Source: an uncultured Chloroflexia bacterium
GTDB lineage: Bacteria; Chloroflexota; Limnocylindria; Limnocylindrales; CSP1-4
Assembly (NCBI GenBank): GCA_963734535.1
Contig: CAVTHS010000010.1
Location: 64,001 to 128,000, forward strand
Length of the DNA stretch: 64,000 bases
Direction: 5' to 3'
In this document: positions 1 to 9,336 of the stretch, one piece after another
Layout: every line of letters starts with the position of its first letter
Position numbering within the stretch: the first letter of the stretch is position 1
The notes under the pieces: generated by a model
The model's input: only the letters and a program-made list of their open reading frames with translations
What the model was told of the DNA's origin: nothing
Databases searched by the model: none
Program-made: the position numbers and the translations under genes

Positions 1-1428
1 CGAGGCATCGGCTGCCGCGAGGCGCGCCGCCTCCGCCGTTGCTGCGACGGCGCGCGCGCCGTCGCGCGCATCCGCCGCAGCGGCCTCCTCGGAACGGGCG
101 GCCTCTGCCAGCTCCCGGAGCGATCCCGCCTCGCCGCCCAGGTTCGTGGAGCGCGCACCCGTCACCTCGGCGGCAGCGCGCTCGTCGGCCAGGCGGCGGT
201 CGACCTCGGCCAGCCGCTGCCGCAACCCATCACGTTCGGCGGCGCGCGTGACGCGGGCCCGCTGGAGGGCCGCCGCCGCCTCCGAGCGAGCGATCGTCGC
301 GACCCGCAGCGCCTGGGCTTCGCCGCGTGCCTCCGCGAGCGTCCGGTCCACGTCCGCCAGCTCCTCGTCGAGCGCCCGGTCCGGCTCGGGCACCGGGAGC
401 GAGAGCTCGCGTCGGCGGGCGGCGAGCTCGGCCTCGGCGGCCGCACGCTCGGCAGCGAGCCGGTCGCGGTCGCGCGCGATCCCGGCGGCCTCTGCCGAGG
501 CCCGGGCCGCGTCGAGCTGCAGGACGGCGAGCGACGCCCGGGCGCCCTCGTGCGACGCCCGGGCCGCCTGCTCCACCTCGGCTCGGGCGCCGAGGTCGCG
601 TGCCGCGTCGGCAGCGGCACCTTCTGCCGCCTGCAACCCGTCGAGCGCCACGGCTGCCGCTCGCTGCGCACGTCCCAGGTCGAGATCGGCCGCGCGGTGA
701 CCGGAGGCCGCCACGTGCCAGCGCGTCCCGAGGGCCGCGACCAGCGCGGCGGCAAGCTCCTCGCCGGCGCGCGCCCGGGTCGCCTGCTGCTCTGCCTGGG
801 CGGCCAGGCGGCGCGCCTGGGGGCGCAGCTCGCCGAGGATGTCCTCGACCCGCGCGATGTTGGCGGTCGCCTCCTCCAGCTGCTCCTCCGCCTTCCGGCG
901 ACGTCGCTCGTGGCGGCGCACCCCGGCCACTTCCTCGAACAGCGGCCGTCGCTCCTCCGGCCGCAGGGCGAGGGCCTGGTCGACCATTCCCTGCCCGATG
1001 AACAGGAAGGCGTTCTCCGCGAGATGGGCGGCGTCGAGGAGGTCGACCAGGTCGCGGAGTCGCACGCGCTGGCGGTTCACGAGGTAGTCGTTCTCGCCCG
1101 ACCGATAGAGGCGCCGGCCCAGCTCGAGCTGGGCGAAGTCGACCGGCACCAGCCCGTCGGCGTTGTCGAGGACGAGCGTGACGTCCGCCATCCCGAGCGC
1201 CGAGCGGCGCTCGGATCCCGCGAATACGACGTCCTCGGACTTGCGCGAGCGGATGGCGCGGCCCTGCTCGCCGAGGGCCCAGCGCAGCGCGTCGGCGAGG
1301 TTGCTCTTGCCCGAGCCGTTGGGGCCGACGACGGCATTGATCCCCGGCGCGAACTCGACCACGGTTCGCTCGGCGAACGACTTGAAGCCCTGGAGCCGCA
1401 GCGCGACGAGGCGTGCGTTCCGGCTCAC
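1..1428 (-). CDS. smc: Chromosome segregation protein SMC, N-terminal part (runs off the left edge)
   Basis: Read manually: MSRNARLVALRLQGFKSFAERT...VVGPNGSGKSNLADALRWALGEQ (Walker A) followed by coiled coil; GTG start overlaps the rnc stop (GTGA). Confidence 0.93.
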   Translation of the reverse strand, partial: MSRNARLVALRLQGFKSFAERTVVEFAPGINAVVGPNGSGKSNLADALRWALGEQGRAIRSRKSEDVVFAGSERRSALGMADVTLVLDNADGLVPVDFAQLELGRRLYRSGENDYLVNRQRVRLRDLVDLLDAAHLAENAFLFIGQGMVDQALALRPEERRPLFEEVAGVRRHERRRRKAEEQLEEATANIARVEDILGELRPQARRLAAQAEQQATRARAGEELAAALVAALGTRWHVAASGHRAADLDLGRAQRAAAVALDGLQAAEGAAADAARDLGARAEVEQAARASHEGARASLAVLQLDAARASAEAAGIARDRDRLAAERAAAEAELAARRRELSLPVPEPDRALDEELADVDRTLAEARGEAQALRVATIARSEAAAALQRARVTRAAERDGLRQRLAEVDRRLADERAAAEVTGARSTNLGGEAGSLRELAEAARSEEAAAADARDGARAVAATAEAARLAAADAS

Positions 1429-2210
1429 GACCCGGCGGGCTCCGCTGGGTCCGCCGGGTCGACGTTGTCCACCTCCTGGCGCCGCCCGAGGGTGGTGCGC
1501 CGCCCGAGCGCGTCCAGGCCGGCCTCCGCGGCGGCGGTCTGCGCGGCCCGCAGCGAGCTCCCGGTCCCGGTGCCGACCACCTCGCCGGCGACCGCAACCT
1601 CGATCACGAACTCGCGGGCGTGGTCCGGCCCCGACGACTGCACCACGCGATACTCCGGCCGCTCGCCGGAGCGCTGGGTCAGCTCCTGGAGCCGGTTCTT
1701 CGGGCTCTTGAAGGTGCCCGCCGGCGCGTCCGCCTCGAGCTCCGGCGCCGCCAGGTCCAGGAGCCAGGCGCGAACGCGGTCCCAGCCACGGTCCAGGAAG
1801 ATCGCCCCTGCGAGCGCTTCGAACGACGACGCCAGGAGCGCCTCCCGTGCGCGTCCGCCGCGCTGCTGCGCCTCGCCCTCGCCGAGCAGGATCGCGTCGC
1901 CCAGGTCGATGCGGCGGGCCAGTCGGGCGAGCCCGCTCGCGCTCACGATGGAGGCGCGGCGGGTCGAGAGGAAGCCCTCGTCGTCGGCCGGATGGCGGGC
2001 GTGGAGCGCCTCGGAGACGACGAGGCTGATCACGGAGTCGCCGAGGAACTCCAGGCGTTCGTTGTGGCCCGGCGTCGCGCCAGGGTGCTCATGGAGCCAG
2101 CTTCCGTGGACCAGGGCTCGCTCGAGCAGGCCAGGGTCGTCGAAGGGAATCCCGAGACGAGCGACGAGCGCCGCGGAGGTGTGCGAGACGGGCGGATCGT
2201 CTCCCGGCAA
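1425..2210 (-). CDS. rnc: Ribonuclease III
   Basis: HNERLEFLGDSV signature, FEALAGAIFLDRG, C-terminal dsRBD (PKNRLQE...GPDHAREF). Confidence 0.96.
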   Translation of the reverse strand: MPGDDPPVSHTSAALVARLGIPFDDPGLLERALVHGSWLHEHPGATPGHNERLEFLGDSVISLVVSEALHARHPADDEGFLSTRRASIVSASGLARLARRIDLGDAILLGEGEAQQRGGRAREALLASSFEALAGAIFLDRGWDRVRAWLLDLAAPELEADAPAGTFKSPKNRLQELTQRSGERPEYRVVQSSGPDHAREFVIEVAVAGEVVGTGTGSSLRAAQTAAAEAGLDALGRRTTLGRRQEVDNVDPADPAEPAGS

Positions 2211-2223
2211 TGGCCGGGCGCGT

Positions 2224-2460
2224 TCAGCTGGCGTGCTCGTCGATGTAGTCGGAAGCGTCCTGCACTGTCCGGATCTTCTCGGCTTCCTCGTCCGAGATCT
2301 CGATCCCGAACTCTTCCTCGAGGCTCATGATGAGCTCGACGAGGTCGAGCGAGTCCGCGTTCAGGTCATCGACGAACAAGGCCTCGGGCGTGACCTCCGT
2401 CTCGTCGACGCCGAGCTGCTCGACGACGATCTTCTTCAGCCGCTCGTAGGTGGTCGCCAC
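2224..2460 (-). CDS. acpP: Acyl carrier protein
   Basis: [24 protein letters not shown] phosphopantetheine motif. Confidence 0.97.
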   Translation of the reverse strand: MATTYERLKKIVVEQLGVDETEVTPEALFVDDLNADSLDLVELIMSLEEEFGIEISDEEAEKIRTVQDASDYIDEHAS

Positions 2461-2996
2461 TTGCCTGCACCCTCCTGGAGTCCTGCGCGTTCGTCGGGGT
2501 CTGGGTTGCGGTTGGGCTCATCGGAGCCACCGGCCGTGGTTTCCCTGGCGACGCGTCCGAGGACACCGTTCACCAGGCGTCGGGCCGGGTCTCCTCCATA
2601 CACCCTTGCCAGCTCGACCCATTCGGCGATCGCCACGCGGGCCGGCGTTGCGGGCGAGTGTAGCACCTCGGTAATGCCCAGACGGAGCAGGACGCGGTCC
2701 ATCCGGGCAAGCGTGACGACGGGGTATTGCGGGGCCGCGGCCTCGATTCGGGCGTCAACCTGCTCCCGGTTCTCGGCGACGGCGCGCACCAGCAGGCGGG
2801 CATGAACGGCCGTCTCCGGGTCGCCCTCCGTCTCCGCGAGATGGCGTTCGAGCACGGTGGCAGCGGTCCGCTGGCCGAACTCCGCCTCGAACAGCGAGGC
2901 GAGCGCGAGGCGGCGCGCCGCATGACGGGCGCGCGGCAGGTCGCCGCGGCCCCCGGTCCGCGCCGTCCGGGCAGCGCGATCGGCGGGACGGCTCAG
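2436..2996 (-). CDS. nusB: Transcription antitermination factor NusB (start uncertain, probably CTG)
   Basis: [17 protein letters not shown]...[12 protein letters not shown]...[12 protein letters not shown]...LVNGVLG; conserved asp23-nusB order. Confidence 0.9.
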   Translation of the reverse strand: MSRPADRAARTARTGGRGDLPRARHAARRLALASLFEAEFGQRTAATVLERHLAETEGDPETAVHARLLVRAVAENREQVDARIEAAAPQYPVVTLARMDRVLLRLGITEVLHSPATPARVAIAEWVELARVYGGDPARRLVNGVLGRVARETTAGGSDEPNRNPDPDERAGLQEGAGKWRPPTSG

Positions 2997-3307
2997 GCAC
3001 CGACGCCGTCGACGACCACGCTGACCGCGCCCAACTCCAGGCCGAGCAGGCGCACGATCGCCGTGGCGACGGCGATCCGCACCTCGGCCGCAAGGTCGGG
3101 CAGGGGCTGCGCCGAACGCGCGACCACCACGACGCGCGCGTCCACGACGCCGTCGTGGAGCCGGATCCCGACCGCGCGTCCCGACAGGGCGCGGCGCCAG
3201 GCCGGGCCGCCCCGACCGACCCGCAGGACGCCGGGAACCTCGAGCGCCGCGCGCCGGACCACGTCGCGAACGACGGGGTGGCTCACGGCAAGACCGGGCG
3301 CATTCAT
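2993..3307 (-). CDS. Asp23/Gls24 family envelope stress protein
   Basis: VVRDVVRRAALEVPGV...AVSVVVDGV; ATG overlaps the plsX stop; lies upstream of nusB. Confidence 0.8.
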   Translation of the reverse strand: MNAPGLAVSHPVVRDVVRRAALEVPGVLRVGRGGPAWRRALSGRAVGIRLHDGVVDARVVVVARSAQPLPDLAAEVRIAVATAIVRLLGLELGAVSVVVDGVGA

Positions 3308-4416
3308 GCGGGAGTCCCGGCCGCAGGCGGCGGCACCGTCGAGCCAACCGGCTCCGTGGCGACCGCGTCGCGCGGGGCCTCGGCCGCAGCGGGCCGCCGG
3401 AAGGTCTCGCCGATCAGCTCCGGCAAGCGCCCCCGGGCTGACGCCGCGCCGACGGCGATCGCGTGCTTCACCATCCGCCGCTTGGCCCGGCCGTGGGTGA
3501 TGATCACCGTGCCTCGCACCCCGAGAAGCGGCGATCCACCCAGGACCTCGTAGTCGAAGGTGGCCCGGATCCGGGCGATCCCCGGCCGCATGAGGAGGTA
3601 GGCGAGACGGCCGCGCAGACCTCGCGAGAACTCCTTTCTCCACAGGTCGAAGATGAACCCGGAGAGGCCCTCGAAGAACTTGATCGTGACGTTCCCGAGG
3701 ACCGCGTCGCACACGACGACGTCCGCCGGATGGTGAACCAGGTCCTTGCCTTCCACGTTGCCCGTGAAGTTGAGGCCCGACGCGTCGAGGAGCTCGCTCG
3801 CGCCCTGGATCCTGAGGTCGCCCTTCCCCTTCTCCTCGCCGATGGAGAGGAGCGCCACCCGCGGACGCACAACGCCGAGCGCTCGCTCCGCGAACAGCGA
3901 TCCCATGTGCGCGTACTGGAGCAGGTTCTCCGCGGTCGAATCCGGGTTGGCCCCGATGTCGAGCAGCACGAACGGGCCGGATTCGGTGATGAGCTGGACG
4001 GCGAGCGCGGGGCGATCGACCCCGGGGACCCGCCCGAGGCGCAGGACGGCCGCGGCCATCGCCGCCCCGGTGTGACCGGCCGTGATCACCGCGTCCGCCT
4101 GGCCGTGCTTCACGAGGTCGCACGCGACGAGGATCGATGCGTCGCGCTTCTCGCGCAGCGCCATGGCCGGGTGCTCGTGCATCTCGATGACCTGGCTCGC
4201 GGGGTGGAGCGTGACGTTGGCCGGCAGGGCTGGGCCGGCGAGCGCACGCACGCGATCCGCGTCGCCGACGAGGATCAGCTCGTCGTCGGGGCGCTCGGCC
4301 GCGTAGAGGAGGGTGCCCGCAACGACCTCGTCCGGCGCATGGTCGCCCCCCATCGCGTCGATCGCGAGGCGAACCTTCCGAGCGTGCTCGACGCCGCGGA
4401 CGGTCGTGAGATCCAT
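3304..4416 (-). CDS. plsX: Phosphate acyltransferase PlsX
   Basis: LAIDAMGGDHAP, AGHTGA, LLDIGAN, IGEEKGKG, LLGVRGTVIITHG. Confidence 0.96.
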   Translation of the reverse strand: MDLTTVRGVEHARKVRLAIDAMGGDHAPDEVVAGTLLYAAERPDDELILVGDADRVRALAGPALPANVTLHPASQVIEMHEHPAMALREKRDASILVACDLVKHGQADAVITAGHTGAAMAAAVLRLGRVPGVDRPALAVQLITESGPFVLLDIGANPDSTAENLLQYAHMGSLFAERALGVVRPRVALLSIGEEKGKGDLRIQGASELLDASGLNFTGNVEGKDLVHHPADVVVCDAVLGNVTIKFFEGLSGFIFDLWRKEFSRGLRGRLAYLLMRPGIARIRATFDYEVLGGSPLLGVRGTVIITHGRAKRRMVKHAIAVGAASARGRLPELIGETFRRPAAAEAPRDAVATEPVGSTVPPPAAGTPA

Positions 4417-4465
4417 CGGCGGGCTCCGTGGTGGTGGCGCCTGGAAGGTGACGCCGGCCCGGCCG

Positions 4466-4666
4466 TCAGGAGGCGGCCTCGCCGCCCTTCTTCTTGAGCT
4501 CCATCACGACGCGGCCACGGTAGTAGCCGCAGTTCGGGCAGGCATGATGGGAGCGCCGCATCTGGTGGCAGTGCGAGCACTCGACGAGGCTGGGCGCGGT
4601 GAGCGCGAGGTGCGCGCGTCGGTCGCCCTGCCGGGCGTGCGAGACCTTGCGCTTCGGGAGACCCAT
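4466..4666 (-). CDS. rpmF: 50S ribosomal protein L32 (Zn-ribbon form)
   Basis: MGLPKRKVSHARQGDRRAH...CSHC...HHACPNCGYYRG. Confidence 0.96.
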   Translation of the reverse strand: MGLPKRKVSHARQGDRRAHLALTAPSLVECSHCHQMRRSHHACPNCGYYRGRVVMELKKKGGEAAS

Positions 4667-4784
4667 CGGGGTGGTCGCTCCTCTGGTATCGGGCGGCGCG
4701 CGAGCGCGGGAGCCGCCTGGGGCGTCGGGATGTGGACGCGTCATCGCTGCCGCGTGACGGGCCGAAGGCGGAGTGTAGCGGGTT

Positions 4785-5342
4785 TCAGGCCTCCGCGTCT
4801 GGGTGGAAGTCGCGGAGCCCTTCAAGGCGCGGATCGACGGCGTCGTCCGCGTGGGAATGCGGGCCGAGGTTCCGGTCCACGCCGCACAGCGGGCACAGGC
4901 CCAGGCAATCCGGGCGGCAGAGCGGGACGATCGGCGCCGCGAGCTGGATGGCCTCGCGAACCGGCGTCTCGAGGTCCATCTCGTGGTGGTCCGTGAGGCG
5001 CGGGACCTCGGGCTCCAGGTTCCGGTCGAGCGCCTGCCCGGTCCCGATGTCGAGGCTGGGCAGGAACTCCTCCTCGAACGTGAGGTCGAGCGGCAGGCGG
5101 ACAGGCTCCAGGCAGCGGCCGCAGGTATCCGCGAGAGCCGTCGCGACGTGCCCGGTGATGAGGAGGCCCCGGTTCGTCCGCCGGACGTGAGCCCCGCCCG
5201 TGATGGGGTCAGCCTGCACGAGGTCCTCCCCCAGCGAGATCGTGACGTTCTCGAACGTGAGGTCGCGAAACGCGCCGGGCGGGTCCCCCAGCAGTCCGGC
5301 GACGTTGAAGAGGAGCGGCCGGTCGAGGGATCCGACCGTCAC
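4785..5342 (-). CDS. DUF177/YceD family protein
   Basis: CGRCLEP and LCRPDCLGLCPLCGVDRN...DPRL motifs; directly upstream of rpmF. Confidence 0.92.
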   Translation of the reverse strand: MTVGSLDRPLLFNVAGLLGDPPGAFRDLTFENVTISLGEDLVQADPITGGAHVRRTNRGLLITGHVATALADTCGRCLEPVRLPLDLTFEEEFLPSLDIGTGQALDRNLEPEVPRLTDHHEMDLETPVREAIQLAAPIVPLCRPDCLGLCPLCGVDRNLGPHSHADDAVDPRLEGLRDFHPDAEA

Positions 5343-5866
5343 CGAGCCAGGCCGCGGTCGCTCGCGACCACGTCGAGATCCTCGTCGTACGGCTGACCGT
5401 CCGCCGTGTCGGGCACCGGAGCGCGCCGCTCGTCGAGCAGCTCGATGCCGGCACGGATGCTCTGGAGCGCCTTGACAACCTCGCCCTCGAGGTGCACGAG
5501 GACGTCCGCGGCGTACTCGTCAGAGCCGCGCCGGATCTCGGCAGCCTCCGCGAGCGCCTCGTCGACGATCCGTCGCCCATCCGCCTCGGCGGCCTCGGTC
5601 AGGCCCCGCTCGTCGATCAGGAAGGCGGCCTGCTCCTGGGCCTTGGCAACGATCCGCTCGGACTCCTGCTGCGCCCGCTCGAGGATCCGCTCCCCCTCGG
5701 CGTTGATCCGACGGGCGGACTGCACCTCCTCGGGCACCGCGTGGCGCAGCTCGTCCACGAGGTCGAGGGCCGCGGCCTGGTCCACGACGACGTTCGACGT
5801 CAGGGGCAGCTTCCTCCCGTTGGCGATCATCGCCTCGAGGCGCTCGACGAAGAACATGATGTCGAT
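5339..5866 (-). CDS. Conserved coiled-coil protein of the coaD-yceD locus (often labelled 'ATPase'/ATP synthase B-like)
   Basis: (I)DIMFFVERLEAMIANGRKLPLTSNVVVD...PEEVQSARRI...GSDEYAADVL; GGAGG 8 nt before ATC at 5866; alternative ATG at 5857. Confidence 0.8.
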   Translation of the reverse strand: MDIMFFVERLEAMIANGRKLPLTSNVVVDQAAALDLVDELRHAVPEEVQSARRINAEGERILERAQQESERIVAKAQEQAAFLIDERGLTEAAEADGRRIVDEALAEAAEIRRGSDEYAADVLVHLEGEVVKALQSIRAGIELLDERRAPVPDTADGQPYDEDLDVVASDRGLAR

Positions 5867-5937
5867 GGGACCGCCCTCCGAGCGCGGGCGTGGAGGTCGC
5901 CCGATCTGAGCCGGATCGTCGCCCAGCCTGGTCCCGA

Positions 5938-6456
5938 TTATCGCACGCGGGAGGGCGCTCCCTCGGCCACGGCCGCCGTGACCAGGCGAACGGCGACGGA
6001 CGGCGGGACCATCCCGGTCGGGTCGCCCCCGAAACGGACGATCTCCCGCACGAGGCTGGACGAGAGATAGCCGTATTCGAGAGCCGTCATGAAGAAGACC
6101 GTGTCGATCTCGGGAGCCAGCCGGTGGTTCATGTGGGCCATCTGCAGCTCCGCCTCGAAGTCGCTCACGGCCCGCAGGCCGCGGATGATCGAGCCCGCGC
6201 CGACCTCGCGACAGGCCTCGACGGTCAGGCCGGCGAACGGGCGGACGTCGACGCGCGCGGCGCATTCCGGGAGCGCCTCGCCGACGCCGGAGACGATGGC
6301 ATCGACGCGCTCGGCGACGTCGAGCATGGGCGCCTTCTTCGGATTGACCAACACCGCGACGACGACCTGGTCGAAGACCGCCAGCGAGCGACGCAGCACG
6401 TCCAGGTGCCCGAGCGTGATCGGGTCGAACGAGCCGGGGTAGACCGCGACACGCAT
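5938..6456 (-). CDS. coaD: Phosphopantetheine adenylyltransferase
   Basis: AVYPGSFDPITLGHLD, IIRGLRAVSDFEAE, LSSSLVRE. Confidence 0.97.
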   Translation of the reverse strand: MRVAVYPGSFDPITLGHLDVLRRSLAVFDQVVVAVLVNPKKAPMLDVAERVDAIVSGVGEALPECAARVDVRPFAGLTVEACREVGAGSIIRGLRAVSDFEAELQMAHMNHRLAPEIDTVFFMTALEYGYLSSSLVREIVRFGGDPTGMVPPSVAVRLVTAAVAEGAPSRVR

Positions 6457-6469
6457 GGCACGCTCCGCC

Positions 6470-7069
6470 TCAGGCGCCGGATGACGGTGGCACGTCCTCC
6501 GGTGCGGCGCGCCGGTAGAAGACGACCAGGGTCTCGCCGAATCGGCGCTCCCGGGTCGATCCTAGCAGCCCGGCGACCGCCGGCGGAGGTCGCTTGCCGA
6601 ACGCCGTCGCCACCACCACCCCACCCGGGCCGAGTGGACCATCGGCGGCTCCCAGCGCGAGGAGGCACGCCTCTCGGAGGGCGTCGTCCACGTACGGCGG
6701 GTCGAGGATCACGACGTCGAACGGGCCGTCGAGGGCGGCGGCCCCCCGAAGGTAGGCGAGCGCGTCGGCGCGCACGACGCGGGCCCGGTCGGCGACGGCC
6801 GCCCGGCGGAGGTTCTCGGCGATGACCCGGCAGGTCCCCGGATCGTGCTCGACGAGGATCGCGTGCCGGGATCCCCGGGAGAGCGCCTCGATCGCGGCGC
6901 CGCCGCTCCCGGCGCACAGGTCCAGGACCGCGGCATCCTGGAGCGACGGCTCCAGCGCCCCGAAGACCGCCTGCTTCACGCGGTCTCCGAGCGGCCGCGT
7001 GGCGCTGCCCGGGGCGGCCAGCCGGACGCCGCGGGCGGAGCCGGCGATCACGCGCCCCGCGTCCCCCAC
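6470..7069 (-). CDS. rsmD: 16S rRNA m2G966 methyltransferase
   Basis: RVIAGSARG, TRP, LDLCAGSG, IEALSRG, LDPPY. Confidence 0.93.
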   Translation of the reverse strand: MGDAGRVIAGSARGVRLAAPGSATRPLGDRVKQAVFGALEPSLQDAAVLDLCAGSGGAAIEALSRGSRHAILVEHDPGTCRVIAENLRRAAVADRARVVRADALAYLRGAAALDGPFDVVILDPPYVDDALREACLLALGAADGPLGPGGVVVATAFGKRPPPAVAGLLGSTRERRFGETLVVFYRRAAPEDVPPSSGA

Positions 7070-7071
7070 CG

Positions 7072-9330
7072 CTACGCGCCCGTGGCCGGCTCGCCGGCCG
7101 CGACGTCGCGGAGCCAGCCGTGCTCGAGCTCAGCAGCGAACACCGCCCCGGCCGCGCCGAGTCCGCCGCCCGCGAGCACGAGCGCCTCCGCGTGCCGGCG
7201 CGCGGCCACCGCGAGCTCCCGATGCTCCGGCTTCGTGAGCGTTGCGACCCGGAGCCGCGGCAGGCCGTGCTGGACGTATCCGAGCACGTCGCCCTCGCGG
7301 CGCTGCTCGAAGTCGACCTCGGCGAGCGCGAAGCCGTCGTTGAGCCGCGCCACCGCGGCAAGGCGCACCTGCTCCGGCCCGTCCGGCTCGAGCTCGCCGC
7401 GCTCGAGCGCCGCGGCACGCCGCTCGTCGGCGGGCAGCCGGTCGCTCACGAGGACGCACCATCCCTGGTCGCCGGCGCGCCCCACCCGGCCCCGGAGCTG
7501 GTGGAGCTGGGCAAGGCCGAAGCGGTCGGCGCCCTCGATCACCATCACGCTCGCCGCCGGGATGTCCACGCCGACCTCGACGACCGTGGTCCCGACCAGC
7601 ACGTCCGCCGCCCCGTCCCGGAAGCGCGCCATCGCCGCGTCCCGGTCCGCCGGCCGGAGGCGGCCGTGCACCAGCTCCACGATGAGCTGTCGCTCGAGGC
7701 CGGCGGCCTCGAGCCGCGCCGGATCGTTGAGGAGGGCGCGGAGGCGCACCACCTCGGCCTCGGCTCCGGCCACGTCGTCCGGCGCCTCCTCCGTGTCGTC
7801 CGCCTCGTCGATGTGCGGGACGACCACGAACGTCTGCCGCCCGGCGGCGGCCTCGCGGGCCACGAATGTCCAGAGCCGCTCGAGGTGATCCGGGTGCCGG
7901 AGGCCGGTGCGGATCGGCAGGCGCCCGGTCGGGACGGTGCGCAGGTCGGTCACGTCGAGGTCCGCGTAGAGCACCTGCCCGATCGTGCGCGGGATCGGCG
8001 TCGCGGTCATCAGGAGCACGTGGGCGGCCCCTGCCCGCGTCTTTGCTTCGAGCGCGCCACGCTGCTCGACGCCGAAGCGGTGCTGCTCGTCCACCACCAC
8101 GAGGCCGAGGCGCGCATACGAGACCTTCTCGGAGAAGAGCGCGTGCGTCCCGACGACCACGTCCGCCCGCCCGTCCGCCACGGCCTCCAGGACGCGCCGC
8201 GACTCGGCGCCCGCGAGGGAGCCCGTGAGGAGCTCCACGGCGATGCCGAGCGGCCGGAGCAGGTCGTCGAGGGTGGCCGCGTGCTGGCGCGCCAGGAGAT
8301 CGGTGGGGGCCAGGAGCGCGCCCTGGACGCCCGCCCCCACCGCGAGCGCGAGGGCGTACGCGGCGACCACCGTCTTGCCCGACCCGACGTCCCCCTGCAG
8401 CAGGCGGAGCATGGGGTGCGGGCCCCGGACGTCATCGCGGACCACGTCCATCGCGCGGTGCTGATCGTCCGTGAGCTCAACCTCGCGCCCGAGGCGTCGC
8501 CCCAGCGCAGCGGCGAGCTCGCGCCTGATGTCCGTGTCGCGGGCCGGGGCGCTGTCGATCGAGACCGAGGCCGCCACGGCGCGCTCCCGGCGCCGCCCGA
8601 CCATGCCGACCTGGAGGGCCAGCAGCTCGTCGAAGGCGAGCCGCCGGAGCGCCGCGTCCCGGAGCGCGAACGTGTCCGGGAAGTGGACCTGGGCCAGCGC
8701 CTCCCCGATGCCGACCAGGCCCAGCTCGTCGCGGATGGGGGCGCCCAGGTATTCCTCGTACCCGGGCAGCCGGTCCAGCGCGGCGCGCATCGCCGCCCGC
8801 AAGGTCCGGATCGGCAGACCGGCCGTGAGGCGGTAGACCGGCACGATCCGGCCGACGTGAACGAGGTCGCCTTCCGGCGGCTGGAAGGCCGGGTTGTCCA
8901 GGAGCACGCTCGCGCCGCGCTTCTTGAGCTTGCCCGAGAACAGCAGCTCGTCACCCTCGTGGAGGCGCCGCTCGACGTACTGCCGGCCGTACCACTGGGC
9001 CTCGGCCGTCCCGGTCCCGTCCACGAGGTCGGCCGTGACGACGCGGATGCCGCGACGCGCCGTTCGGCCCGCCCGGACCCGCACGACGGTTGCGCGGGCG
9101 CTCACGATCGTGTCGGGCTCCAGGAAGCGCAGCGCGTGCAGGTCGTGCAGGATCCGCAGGTCGTCGTACCGACGCGGCAGCCAGAGCAGGAGATCGCGCA
9201 CGGTCCGCAGCCCGATCCGCGCTCCGACGCGCTTGAGGACGCTGGCGCCGGGCAGACCGCTCGCCTGGAGCGGAACGCCGAACGGATCGTCCGGCACGGC
9301 CGTCTCGGGCAGCGGCCGGGCGGTCCCCAC
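7072..9330 (-). CDS. recG: ATP-dependent DNA helicase RecG
   Basis: RLLQGDVGSGKT, DEQHRFGV, MTATPIPRT, QLHQLRGRVGR. Confidence 0.97.
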   Translation of the reverse strand: MGTARPLPETAVPDDPFGVPLQASGLPGASVLKRVGARIGLRTVRDLLLWLPRRYDDLRILHDLHALRFLEPDTIVSARATVVRVRAGRTARRGIRVVTADLVDGTGTAEAQWYGRQYVERRLHEGDELLFSGKLKKRGASVLLDNPAFQPPEGDLVHVGRIVPVYRLTAGLPIRTLRAAMRAALDRLPGYEEYLGAPIRDELGLVGIGEALAQVHFPDTFALRDAALRRLAFDELLALQVGMVGRRRERAVAASVSIDSAPARDTDIRRELAAALGRRLGREVELTDDQHRAMDVVRDDVRGPHPMLRLLQGDVGSGKTVVAAYALALAVGAGVQGALLAPTDLLARQHAATLDDLLRPLGIAVELLTGSLAGAESRRVLEAVADGRADVVVGTHALFSEKVSYARLGLVVVDEQHRFGVEQRGALEAKTRAGAAHVLLMTATPIPRTIGQVLYADLDVTDLRTVPTGRLPIRTGLRHPDHLERLWTFVAREAAAGRQTFVVVPHIDEADDTEEAPDDVAGAEAEVVRLRALLNDPARLEAAGLERQLIVELVHGRLRPADRDAAMARFRDGAADVLVGTTVVEVGVDIPAASVMVIEGADRFGLAQLHQLRGRVGRAGDQGWCVLVSDRLPADERRAAALERGELEPDGPEQVRLAAVARLNDGFALAEVDFEQRREGDVLGYVQHGLPRLRVATLTKPEHRELAVAARRHAEALVLAGGGLGAAGAVFAAELEHGWLRDVAAGEPATGA

Positions 9331-9336
9331 CCTTCC

